This document shows positions 29,901 through 42,462 of a stretch of 64,000 nt of DNA, one piece after another; the stretch's first letter is position 1; every line of letters begins with the position of its first letter. The translations under genes and the position numbers were made by a program. This stretch comes from Balanoglossus misakiensis. Taxonomy: Eukaryota > Animalia > Hemichordata. Under the pieces are notes generated by a model. It did no database searches and was not told the origin of the DNA. It worked only from the letters and a program-made list of their open reading frames with translations. The stretch covers positions 2,019,830 to 2,083,829 of the forward strand of contig CM082593.2 in assembly GCA_040954595.2 (NCBI GenBank), written 5' to 3'.

Positions 29901-32900
29901 GGTATGTGTTGGCACAGGTTTCTGGAGACAATCTGTAAGCCACACAATGAAGAGGTTTACACTGTTGACAGTTATAAAACAGGATGTGATGTAAGCAGTG
30001 AGGAGGGGGAAGGTTGGAGGGGTGGTGGTGGTGGGGGATATAGGGAGGGAGGGGAAATCAACTGAAGAGATAACAAAGATGATGAGGAGGCAGGGAGGGA
30101 GGGGAGAGAGGTATTGCCTTTGGTTTGTGGGGGGCACAACATTCGCAGAGGTGTTTCAGATGATTCAACTTTGACAGTTTAATGGTTGAGTTGAGTAGCG
30201 TTGTAGTATTGGCAAAAAAAGGTGGAAATAGGTAGATAGGTGCGTCAGGAAACAGGATGGAATGGGATAGGGAGAATTTTGAAAGACAGGAAGCAGTAGC
30301 AGCTTGAAGTGTGAGTAAGTACAGAGTGGTTAGTAGCTGTGCCTACTAAGTACCTATTTAGACTTCTGACCGCTACCTACCAAGATAAGCTCATGACTAC
30401 TGGTAACTACTGATACAATTGGTGTATTACCTAAGGCAGGGAGGCAGTTATTACCATACACTGAATGTTCTCGCATCTTAGACTTATCATGAAATCAATT
30501 ATCATCTAGATCAAAATACTGTCTAGTTTACGACTTTGTTCACAGACTACAGGAATGCGACATCTGCAACGGGATTTAAACACATTGCATAAAGCCACTG
30601 GCCCTGAAATAAAATCAAAGGACTTATAAATACTGGTTGCCGTGGAGATAAGTAGATGACGCGGTTCAATCGCAACTGATGATTTTTATTTTCAATGAAT
30701 GTTTTCGTCTTTTCAACTGCACGTTAAAACACTATTTTTACTTGGCAGGGAGCCATTCAAAATAGCTGTATACGACAACTATGAACTAAGTAGTTTTACA
30801 AAGGGAGACCAAAAGGCCTTGCTAACAAAAATTTTGGAATAATCTGGTATATGTATTAAATTATGATTGCAAAACCAATGAGATGTGATCTTTCAGGTCT
30901 GTTTTGAACATGTATGAGTATTTTACTTTCTACATATGACTCCTTATAAAACATTGGACTTCATATGGTCGGTACTTCATTTGAGCACACACTCTATTTT
31001 GTGTTTACATATTTAATCTCCTTACACTAAGCACCGTAAATAAACGTCAAATTCACCGTAAATAACTTCAAAATCAATGTATTAGTATTACATCAGCTGA
31101 TAATACACTTGTAAGAGTTTTATCCCCGAAAGCCCTATTCTTATCAAAATTGACTGATCTTTCATAAAACAAACATGCAGCTAAGGAGTAATGGATCCTT
31201 AGCGGGTGCAGACGGGCACTTCGTGCAAGTACCTGTACGATAAAAAGTTAACTTTCTTCAGTTGAAATCTAGCTGCACACATCTGGAACACTGCTGCTAA
31301 TGGTCAGACCCCACCCCCCACCACAAACACACACACACACACACATTCTGAAGGTCAGAAGCATTTTGGGTTTGCTAGCAGATTTGTAGGTAGTGTGAGA
31401 TTTTATTTCGCTATGTCATTTCAAATACAGTGACTTGTTTACAGAAGAGAAAGTGCAAAGAGCTCGATTTTGATGGGATGTATGCATGACAGTTTTCTTT
31501 GACTGGATTAGGGGGGTTTGTGACCTGTGTGTGTGAAAGCTCCTCATATACATGTAACAGGTGGTCTGATGGCCAGTTGCGGGGGAAAAAGTTCTATGTG
31601 GTGATTACAGAATTTACGTGTCATTTGTACTTTAAAAATGTGAGTACAACTCTCGTGAATACTGATGATTCAGGGAAATCTAGAAAGCAGGACATCAGAA
31701 ACTTCTGGAATATGAACCAACAGCAACGTCAAATGATGACGGTTTGGGATCTTAAAGAGGGAAAAGAGCCAAACCTCACAGATGTGGCAGTAACTGAGAG
31801 TCATAAAGGTGGCAAGATTAACTGTCTTCATGTGTGAACAAGCGCAAGGCATAAATTCTCATTTATATCCGACGTCCTACGTCTGGCTGTCTTGCCATGA
31901 AGTCTGTGTTGTTGTCGTGGTGCTGTCCTGACCCGGCATGTGTCAACTTTGCTGTCTGTTGGGTTGTGCGACCTAAAAGTTGGCAGCTGCTTGTCCGAAG
32001 AGTGGCCCCAGCATGCTTCTAAAGCATCTGTTTATTTTCGCTGTAAGTGAACCCACAATAAGAAATCTAGCTACTCTGCCTGACCGTGGACGCAATGCCC
32101 CACAATGCCCTGGGACAGACCCCAGGAACTTTGAGATGGAACCAGCCATGCAATAAAATAGGCAATTTGCTTTCTTCCTGTTTTTGCCGTTTCTCTTTAA
32201 TAACTTCAGGAAGATTAATGAACGCAGCACCAGTCTGTATTACATCTGAAATTGCAATCGTGTGTATCAAGGTCGGGGACAGCTTGCAATGCATGCTGGG
32301 ATACACCAGAGTCCCCTATGACTTTAAACAACCGGCAACAAAACATCTACTTTTGAGTAAATATTTACCCCTTCACACCATTTGAGATTTAATTATAGAA
32401 CTGTCTTTAGTCATCTTAATTTAGACTTGTCAATTTTCCCCAACCTCCATGTGCTCACCCAGACTGAATACTATGACTTAATTTACAACCTAGTAAACTA
32501 CTCCCCTTGTAGAAATAAACAAGATGGAGGCATTCCCACCGAACCAAAATATCTCCGACCTCACACAAAATGACTTTTCAGATTCTTGTACAAAATATTG
32601 AAAAGGCATCATAGAAAGTTTCAAAGGACATGTATGGTTGCGTATCGCTCTAGACTTCAGAAATAGGTTGCGACACAAAAAAACAGTCGCCTGTCATTCA
32701 CCTCAACCCCATCCACAATCCTCCACTATCATTGACACCATCAAAACACCACTTGTCTCTGGTCTTCTCATAATACTTTATTCTCAGCAACCACCTGCAT
32801 GTTTGGCAGCGATCACGCTCATTTGCATACTGTGACAAGCACTGGGTAACTTAACATCACGCGAACACTGATAGACGTACTGTGATTTCAACATCGTATC

Positions 32901-35900
32901 ACCCTCCTCCATACTCCAATGTGATTAACATGGACTAGCTGTTTACTCCAATACAATTAGGAGACAATCTGGTGATATGTGTATTGTCGCTAATCCATGT
33001 TGTTCGATGCTGTATCACTTTATCCCAAAACCTCGATAACTATTAACAAGAACAGTCGCCAGACAGTTTTGGGTTATTCTGCCATGCACAGGCGCAGATG
33101 ACACAGATTTGGAACTTTTTTGAAGAGAAAAATTATCACTCTGTGTAGTACATTAACACATGGCCCAGTTTACAACGAAAAAACAGTTCCAAAGTCTCTT
33201 AAAGTTTCCACTCAGTACCCAAAACCACATCAGAAGAATTTCTAACATTTTAAGATAGTTCCCAAATAGTGTTTGAACTTGTATTGATCATCTCAAATGA
33301 TAGTTTTGAGTCAAACTGATCACACAACGTCAGTCACTTGCGTTTTCTTTTATCATGGCTTTCCCACACTGGGTCAGGCAATCCTGAACTATGACAAGAT
33401 CAACACCCTGACATCCATCCACGTCCCTAGAATGAACAGTATTATGTGGATGCTGCCGTCTGTTCGACTGAACTCTGAGCTATTCATTGTCTACAAGATC
33501 GGGCGATGTCTGAGACACAGGCCAGTACATCACCACCCTGGACCAGCACGGTTACACTCGGCCTGTGATCTGTGAGTTCAGTGCCGACTGGTGACAGGAA
33601 CAACGTGCTTTTCAACTATACTCACTGACTTTCAGATGCTGTCAAGCAACTACGTTTCAACCTCACACTGCAGAAACCACAAAACTCATATTTCTATCAC
33701 CCCTCCCAGTTTTCTGTTTTCAGAGACTGTAATGAATTCTGCCTTTGTAGTAAGGCCGTCTTTCATTCTCTTTTTATGAATCTATAAAATAACTCTGACC
33801 GCTGACCCTTTGACATCACAGGTCAAGTCAGGGTTAACAATAACTGCTCAGGTAGCCAGCAGAGGAACCACACTTTTACCCGAAACACCTGTGGTCTGCT
33901 TCAAGAATTTCATTTTGAAAACCCTTATCTCTGAGCGGATATCAATAACAACGAAAAGGATACTTGAAGTTATTAGAGAGGGTTCATACAAATATCAATT
34001 TCGGCCAACTCAGAGTGAACGCGGAATGTGGAACAGCTTTTTCTTGGACTGGATCAGACAATGTTTGCTCCCGTGCTGGGGGGCTTTTGGAAAGTCACAA
34101 ATTTGGATCCGGCAGTCTCAGTAAAAACATCATGTGCTGAGCAATTTTGCCTTAATTCCCTTTCAACATCATTTGCTGATCGTATTAAAACTTTTGGCCA
34201 TTGAACTTACTTGGCCAATGGCCAGCTGAGTTTGTTTCAGGGGTCAGTTCATCCTGCAAGAATTGGTAAATATCATGTAGCCGGACAAACGAGTTGCTGA
34301 GTGTTGCCAAACTTCTGGCACCAATTGATCAATTACAACAATTCTCAAGGGCACGCTGTTTAATGTTCCAGCAAAGTGATTTCTACTGAAACTCCAGGCA
34401 TCTTGAGTGATGGAAAATGGTTATGTTGTCATGAGGTCAGAAACTGTTAAGGGTTCATTTCAGGATCACAGATTCTATCGGGCTGCGTTTGTTTATATGT
34501 GAAATTGCATCTGTTAGTTTTCATGGTGTTTGACATTGTTTCGTTGGTTTCATTGCGAATTACGTGCATGTCAACCTCCAGAGCTTTGTGTACACACCAA
34601 GAAAAAGAGTTACAGAGAGAGATGGAGAGAGAGAGAGAGAGAGAGGGGGGGGGTGAAGGAGAGGGAGAGAGAGATTCTCTGAGGCTGGTATGGACGAGCA
34701 GAAGTGCAACAACAGACAAAAGCTAAACCAAAGAGAAAGAAATTGAGTGAAAGAGGCACCACACCAAGAATGACCCTTCTCCAGACGGTCATCATCTACA
34801 TCCCCATAACTGATGACTGTGACATCTTCGCTCCCCCACCAAGGAAACACCAGAAATAAACAAAGCATTGCATAGTTGGCCACTCGTATTTGGAAGTCAC
34901 CAGATGAATTATGGGAAATTTTATTACCCACTGTTCTTTACTCTCTATCACGCTTCTCTCTGTGTACAGCCAAAATGTCAGCTAAACAACTATTGGGCTG
35001 AACTTACAGCTTTGACTTTTTCACATTTTCAATCATCGCCACGACAACAAACATGGTGGCAGTAGGTCAGGGAGTAACTTCATTCAGGGACAAACAGTCA
35101 TCTACCATATTGTTTATGCTAGTTCAAACCATGACAGGATTCTCTCGATACTCCTGTAGATAGGGGAGGACCATGGAAGAAGACCGCAATATGATTCAAG
35201 AGAAAAGACCTTTAGTGTACTATATGAAATAAAATTGAATCTGAAAGTACCATTTTCAACTTAAATTTTCTTTTGGTCTCTCTGAATATTTACTTTTGAA
35301 ACAAGTGATGTAAAATATTTTACTAGTTAAGTCAATTTCTATAAATCATGTTTCCTTTATATCACACTTCCCCAACCATAATAAAATTTGACTACATTGT
35401 CTGATATTTTAGAAAGGTGAAAATACTGCTGTTGCCTTCAAAGCTAAGCAATATTTCATTACACAAACTACCGACATGCATTTTGAGATTATACCAAAAG
35501 GTTAGGCTGACATTCACAGACTAATCAATGTTAATGGTTTTCTACTCTTGTGGTAGAAAATTTAATTTTCTGATTAAATTATCCCGTTATTTACTGTCTA
35601 CACAAGTCAGCATCTACTGTATGTTAGTCGTTACAATATGACTGATGGCGATATAATTCTTTCGAGGACATCGTCGTTGGCAACCGTGGTAGCGTCCCAG
35701 TATGGGGACACAGGTAGGATTATCTCCGAACGGAAAATTCTGAACACCGTCAATTCTGCTGGGCTCTTTCCAATTGAAAATACCACAGTATTCATAGCAG
35801 CAGAGATCTTGCTAAACCTTGAGAAAACAATAAACACGATACAAGCTTGTCCGAAATGCTCAACATACGACTCTCCGTAGCTTGAGAGGACAACATCTGG

Positions 35901-38900
35901 GTATGATGACACGACAATTTCTCAAACAATGGAAAGATAAAACAGGCTCCATGTCAAGAAATTTCATAACTAGCTTTTGTCTAGAATGTAAGCTCTGAAT
36001 CTCAGACTAGTATCAAGACTTATTATCTGATACACAGGTAGATCTGCGATGATTTCACAAGTACACTATTCTAGAGGAGATTAGTACAGCATACGTCAGA
36101 TGCACTGTATACATTCTGTGATCCAAACAAAAGTATGGTAAGCTGAAGCCAGTTTATGCCAGCAGAATGAAGTCTACTTTGTACAAGTGAGATGGAAACT
36201 TCCTCTGACAAATTACTGCTGGAGGTCAGAGGTAACCGACCGAAACATTATCAGGATTCCTACAGACACAGATAATCATTTGGTTCAACCGACAGATGGG
36301 AAACAAGCACCTCTAGTACATTTGATCTCATTGGAATGTCCTCAATGGAAACTACACTTCCAGAGGCAAAAGAAGCACCAAGACTTCAATTTTTTAACAG
36401 TTTAATAGTATTGAAAATTTAATAATTATTATTATTTAACAAGGGCTACCATTTTTCTGAAGACACTAAGGCATGTACCACCTTAATACAAAAAAGCATG
36501 CTCTTAGCACCAATGAGCAATGACCAATGAACTCAGACCAACATGTGAAATGTACAGTGACCGCGCTTGGTTGCTTGGTTACGAAAACCACGCTACACAA
36601 CAGCTTTGCTGTAAGCCATTTTACAACTGAGAAATACTTCTGCACATAAATCACCCAGAAACACTATAATTCTGATGTTGTATCTATAAACACAGTTTTT
36701 GGTAGGTACTTGCCTATTAACTTGACTGCAAACTACATTTAGGAACTAAGAAACTGGTTTTCAGAAGTGTTTGGTTCACAAAGGTTGTTTGAAAATGGTA
36801 TCCTGTTTAATGTGAACTATGAAAGTTGTTTAGTACAAAGAAGGGTCAGTTAGAACAGATTTTATTGTAAACATACTAGTGTATGCAGAATGACCAGATG
36901 ACCACACTACCGGTCAGTCATTCACCTCAGTGAAGTGTCCGCAACATGTCACTTTGGAGGGGGGGGGGATATATGTCTTTTAACCCAAGCACAATCCAGC
37001 CATGAACAGTAACCAGAGCTGCCTTTCGCATTCATGTTTTTTATGCTGTAAAACTTTACACCACCTCATCAAAAAGTTGCATGGGCCTTTGTCCCTGGCT
37101 AACGTAAACAACTCTAAACTCCGAACATAATTAGTGATAATCGTGCGTAATTGCTTGTTGTCTGGGAAATTAACACAGAACCAGGCCACAAGATTATACC
37201 TCATTTGTTTCAAAAATGTCAAATTCTTGAAATTTGCATCGGAGAAAAAAACGAAATCACTGGTGCATTTCGCAGAAGGATGCACGCCCCATTGAATACC
37301 ACCTGTTCACAGAAGTCCCCGCAATCCAAGAGAGACAGCTGGAATTCCTCAAATGGCCCTAATCCCCAGATGAATTTCAATTAATTGAATTAAGACTTGA
37401 TCAGTGCGCATAACAGGGGCTTTAGGAGACACTAGTTGGACATTTGCATATCTATTCCCAACTGTGCCATTCCATAATGCCTACACAGTTGGAAATCAGC
37501 CCTATTCCCATTAACCCAGCAGAGAGGATCATTAGGGTAATGCAACATGGTGCTGTTTTTGTTTTTCCATTATCTTGTCTGGATGGCTGAAGTGAAAATG
37601 GAGTCTATTGTCAGCCAGTACCACTATATGCACATGTGCATTCTTTTGCAAAGAAAGAAATAAAACTAACTGAAAACAGTTATCTTTGGGGGTCACTTTA
37701 ATTTACACTTGGCTATGTACAGCCTGTGATGTGGCCAGTAGACTTAAAAAGGGGGGGGGGGAGTTGTTTGACAGTGAATATCATTATCAAGTATGAATGG
37801 CTGAATTGAATGAAAATAACTGAAAACAGTTATCTTTAGGTCACTTCAATTTACACTTGGCTATGTGCAGCCTGTGATCTGAGCAGTAGACTTGAAGGGG
37901 GGGAGTTGTTTTGACAGCGAATATCATTATCAAGTATGAATGGCTGAATTGAATGAAACTAACTGAAAACAGTTATGTTCAGGTCACTTTAATTTACACT
38001 TGGCTATGTACAGCCTGTGATTTGACCAGTAGACTTGAAGGGGGGAGTTGTTTTGACAGCGAATATCATTATCAAGTCTGAATGGCTGAAAACAGTCTGA
38101 TTGGCTGAAAACACTGTGATGTGCACAGCAGCAGTTTTGGCACTTTTCACAGCGAATATCATTATCAAGTCCTGATGAATGAAGTGAAAATTGAATATTG
38201 ACCCTCAGTACTGCTATATGCAAATTTGTATTCTTCTGTAAAGAAAAGAATAAAAATATAACTGTAAACAGTTATCTTTAGGTTTCTTTTTAAAAAAACA
38301 TGTGCAGCAGTGATCCAAGCAGTATTTTGATACTGGGAGTGTTTTCACAGTGACTGTAAATAGCTGAATCTTAAAACAAAACACTTGGCACCTCTGTACT
38401 GAGACCAATTTCTATGTTTTGGCTCTGTTGGCCTCTCAAATACAGCAGCAAAGTAAAAACCGACACCATACTTTACAGAGAGAAACACCCAAAAACAACA
38501 ACACTAAACTTTACAAGTTACTGTTATCCAACATCAAAGAGTATACAAATACGATAGGCCATCTATCTTGTTCCGATCACGAGTCTAATTGATCCTTAAC
38601 TCAAGTCGTACAATTCACAGGAGCGCCTGTCTTCTGAAATTGACAACAGTGGTCCTTGAGGAAACAGGTGCCCAGATTTTGTTAACTGTTGTGATGTGCT
38701 TGTCGCAAACAATGCGCACAGGACAATTTATATGGTGATCGGTGCGTCCACACAGAGAAAAGCCCAGATTAACTTTACATGACTGCCCCAGTATGCGAAT
38801 TAAATGGGTAAGACAATCGGTCCCTGTGACACTGCCAGAAACTCTTCGTCTTTCAAAATAAAATGGCAACAAAAGGTGGTATTCACTTCGACTGTTTACT

Positions 38901-40884
38901 GAGTTCTACAGGCTAGGTGCTTTCATGTCAACACAATGGACCAAAAGAAAGAGTTATCTGGCTCTCGGAATGAAAGGGGATAAATTTTGGTAAATTATGT
39001 CCAGTTTCAATGGACAACAAACGACACAATAGTTTTTTGAGGGGTTTCCACCGGTGGTTGTTTCGATGGCTAGGTGTCGAGGAAGTCCATTGGTGGCGTC
39101 AACCTTTGCTGTCACCAACAGACCACAGTACAGACATATCTTGACGATCACCAAAACATGCGAAAATACATATTAACCCTTTTCTCACGTGCCGTCAACG
39201 CCGCCCCAGCGGCGGCGCTAGGGCGGCGTTAATTTGTAAGTGCCACGTGTGAAAAGGTGAGAGTGGCCCTGCGCCGCTCTTTTTTTGTGACGGTGTTGAG
39301 GGGTGGGACCTGGGTCGGGGCGCCGCACTAAACAGCGATTCAAATCACGTGTGAACAGAAACACCGCACTAAACGCCGATCTAAACGCACTCTTCCGACG
39401 CGGTTTGAGGGGATACAAGTGGCAGTTTCTAATGAGCTTGCATGTAAAATTACCCCTCTGAAAAGAGCGATGTTTAGCACCTTGCTTAGTCAACGGTCAA
39501 TTTGCCTTGTTGCTGATGGTCATCAGTAAAATGAGGAGCCCCAAAACCTACAGGCAAAGCCTTGAGGTAGTCGGAACTTACTGCAGCTGGGGCTCTGCTG
39601 AAAAAATTGAGACGCCCAGTGGAAGTGGTAGTGAAACTTGTAGCAAAGTTCACGGTGATAATTGCTAGGCAACTAGGTCTTGCCATTGTCTGGCTAAAAA
39701 TACATCCCTGTGCGTGAATAAATTAAAAACGTCTTTGTCCCAAGGGACCAACTCAAAGCCACATCCCGGTATGCTTTTACTACTAGCATGGAGTCATGCT
39801 ACTAGTATATTACGCACTGGTTTCAAAGCTGTAAGACTCACAGGCGGTACCGTAGAAGCGCTTATACTTATAGGATGACTGTACAAAAACTGGAAAAGTG
39901 TGGATTTTCTCGGATCTTCCATTTATTTGATGTGGAACAACAAATGGGACAAGTGGCGAAATGTGTCCTTGATTTTCAATCGCACCATGAAGCCTATTTG
40001 AACCTAATTTGCATAAATGTCCGAGTGCGGTGATCCCGTCCCTTTTATACACATGTGAATGCAAAACTATTTGAGTCGCTGATAAGAAATGTTTACCAAC
40101 TTTTATAATCCAAAAAAGGGCGACCTAATCATTGCACGTGTGCAAGCGACTATTGATCTCCAGTGCATTCTGAATGGAAATTGACAACACACCTTTAATA
40201 GCACTGATCATCAACAGTATTAAAGATCCACCGTTATAATTGTTACATCAAGTTGTATGGTGGTTTACTCTGAAGCCATTTATGGGCTACTATTGAGAAT
40301 GTTTTCAGATGTCAAGATCAAAGTTTCCTTCCCAAGGCCATCGCTCCAGGGAAACTTTTTCACACTTGAACTGTAGTGAACGCCGCGCCGCCTGAGTGTG
40401 ACTTGGCTGTAAGGTCACATTGTGTGTCAATCGATCCAAGTTTAGCTTGTCATAGCACGGGGGGCCCATCAGCTGCCGAGTCGATATTTTCGGACAGCCG
40501 TGGGAACACTGGGCGATCGGTGGCTTTAATCAGCCTACAGGTAAATTCCGCCAAGCGTTACCAACCACGCTACAACAAGCTAACCTAAGCAACACACTGA
40601 CACTGTCAACTGTACGGCGATCGCGATCAACGGGGCATCGCCGATCAGCTGGTAGTGTATACGCTCACTACGTACACACAGAGCGCCAACTCACCTTGTA
40701 GCATTCCTTCAAGTTTTTTGCGATCGACACGAAACCGCTCTTCCATTACATCTGGATCTCTCTCTCTAAGAAGCTGGGCCTCGTCCATGATTTCTGACGT
40801 ATTTGGATCGGTTCGATCGGGGCTGAATTCTCTGTGCGCGTACAACTCCCTCATAGTGTCCTCAACACCTAAACTGTCCGCCAT
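11906..40884 (-). CDS. BICC1: Bicaudal-C homolog 1 (KH/SAM RNA-binding protein), 5' part only; coding exons 40884-40695, 14973-14927, 11975-11906; gene continues beyond the window start
   Basis: Spliced translation MADSLGVEDT...MEERFRVDRKKLEGMLQ|AAAEGKGQTGEEFFQK|IMVETDTHITWPSKLKIGAKSKK matches the conserved BICC1 N-terminal/KH1 sequence (EERFRVDRKKLEAMLQAAAEGKG..EDFFQKIMEETNTQIAWPSKLKIGAKSKK). All junctions are GT-AG with compatible phases (1,0,1). The next expected exon (DPHIKV...) was not found in 1-11905. Confidence 0.95.
14927..14973 (-). CDS. BICC1: BICC1 coding exon 2 (47 nt)
   Basis: Polypyrimidine tract and aacag acceptor; encodes AAAEGKGQTGEEFFQK; donor AAG|gtcagt. Confidence 0.93.
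26813..26920. repeat. Degenerate (GACT/GATT)n microsatellite
   Basis: tgactgattgat...gactgactgactaactgatt run. Confidence 0.75.
27788..27860. repeat. Poly-G / purine-rich low-complexity tract
   Basis: Two long G runs flanking GA-rich sequence; a similar purine tract lies at ~30000-30110. Confidence 0.8.
34614..34674. repeat. (GA)n / G-rich microsatellite
   Basis: gagagagatggagagagagagagagagagggggggg...gagagagaga. Confidence 0.85.
37660..38360. repeat. Tandem repeat, ~145-150 bp unit, about 3 well-conserved copies plus degenerate remnants
   Basis: ACTGAAAACAGTTAT...GGTCACTTYAATTTACACTTGGCTATGTRCAGCCTGTGAT...CAGTAGACTT..GGGGGGAGTTGTTT..GACAGYGAATATCATTATCAAGT recurs with starts at ~37669, ~37819 and ~37962, then decays. 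Confidence 0.93.
39173..39260. mobile_element. 88-bp fold-back mini-element (TTAACCCT-ended, MITE-like)
   Basis: Left end TTAACCCTTTTCTCACGTG, right end CACGTGTGAAAAGGTGA (13/14 inverted match), central GC-rich palindrome 39197-39230. Confidence 0.5.
40695..40884 (-). CDS. BICC1: BICC1 coding exon 1 (190 nt)
   Basis: ATG at 40884, encodes EERFRVDRKKLEGMLQ, donor CAAG|gtgagt at 40694. Confidence 0.93.
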
Positions 40885-40899
40885 TGCAATTCCCCATAT

Positions 40900-41400
40900 A
40901 CTACTCTGTTATTGTACATTTCACCGCTATGTGTTAGATACATCCGCCACACGCACAGGCCATTCACACTTACTTATCTCATTTGCATAATTTAATTATC
41001 ACCAACGCAATAATCAGTAACCACTGAGAAACTGACAAACTGATCAAATAATCGATACCTGATGGTTTTATCATTAGCATTCAGTAAATTTCCCCCATTT
41101 AATAGTTATTTCTTGTGATTGGTGCATAGGGCGTACTTTTTTCCCCAAAAAAGCAGCCCACAACGCATTTATTTTGCTCAGACAGCTAATGATTTTTCAT
41201 TCCGTCAAATTTCAAAGGAGTTTTAAAATATCGATATTAAAATTTTGATATTACAAGTTGCAAAAAAAGTTAAGTGGTGCGGATTGATATTAAGTAGTTC
41301 ATTGGTGTGACGAGGTGCGGCGCAACTCAATCTTCTGAGTCTAAACTAAAACCTGACGTCACTGACACTGTCACCACGCCTATCACTTTATTCGTCAAAT
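40900..41400 (-). promoter_or_regulatory. Putative BICC1 promoter/5' UTR
   Basis: Immediately upstream of the ATG. Octamer ATTTGCAT 40981-40988, CCAAT boxes near 41120 and 41302, CRE TGACGTCA 41354-41361; CpG-enriched first exon/intron boundary. Confidence 0.45.
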
Positions 41401-42279
41401 ACTCCTTTGGTGCTGCGGATATTCACAACAAAAGTCTTGAAAGTAACCTATTGAGTGACAAGCTTTGTAAGAAATGCTCAAAGACAAAGTGCGATCAGCA
41501 AGCTGGCAACTTCGTGGTAGTGAATTGGACACATTCAACAGGTGTAGGCCAAAAAGTAAAACTTCCTTCTACGCGAAGTTGCTTGCGGCTGAGAGAAAAA
41601 AAACATATGACATGAGGTTGTTTTGTTGTCTGTAATAAGAGATTAAATTTCGTGTATTTTTTTCCAAACAATTGACTACATACATTGTACACTCCTTATG
41701 TTGTCTTTCCGTTAGGGCGGACTTGGTAACCTGGTGAAAACTGATGGAACCTAGGCCTATACCGATGCGTTCTTTCACTTACAGAATACAATATCGTCAA
41801 TTTACTAATCGGACACAGACTGAACAACTTACAAGGTTGCAGTAGCAGACAATGGAGTATTATCAATCAAGATCCGTTATCTTTTTGTTGCATGCGACAA
41901 GTGATTTTCACACTGCAACTTTTCCCATTTACCAACTCTTGGTGGCGATCCAATGCAAACTGGTACACTGAGACCGGCCACCACGTCCGTCAAGAATTGA
42001 TCACATACCTGCAGGATCGATACTTACAAGACTTTCGATTGTTGCTTGTGTGTCCCAAGTGTAAAGGACCAACGCTGTCTTAATTGATATAACTTCCTCT
42101 AAAATTTAAATATCTATGATGATTTTTACATTTTAAAACAATTTCTAATAGATACTTTAAACCATGGTCACCGTGACCGAGTTCAAACACTGGCGCGCAT
42201 TCAGGGCGCGTTGCATTTAAACAACAGAATCCACGATTTAAGTAACTTGGTGGCGCAATGCTTTGAAATGTACATACAG

Positions 42280-42462
42280 CTCAGAGGTCACCAGTTGACC
42301 TCTGAGTTCACGCTGAGAGTTCATTCATCTTCATCAATGAGTACGAGCGTTGTACAACTGCTACAGGGGGAATTCTCATCACTTACAGCAGATACACGGA
42401 TGAAGGCTCAAGTATACGATCACCGTTAAGTTATTTGATGATCCTGGTATTGATGAAAACTG
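42280..42462 (+). other. Candidate non-coding first exon of the IKK-like gene (start approximate)
   Basis: The ATG exon begins at a clear acceptor (ttcacag|44246), so an upstream UTR exon is required. A consensus donor CTG|gtaagt lies at 42463, just downstream of a CpG- and motif-rich stretch. Confidence 0.4.

Noticed and set aside
35631-35912. Overlapping ORFs on both strands with coding-like appearance
   Set aside because: No family recognised, no convincing splice sites or partner exons; could be a decayed TE fragment but this is unsupported.
37660-38360. CRISPR-like array
   Set aside because: Eukaryotic context, contiguous ~147-bp units without unique spacers, no cas genes.
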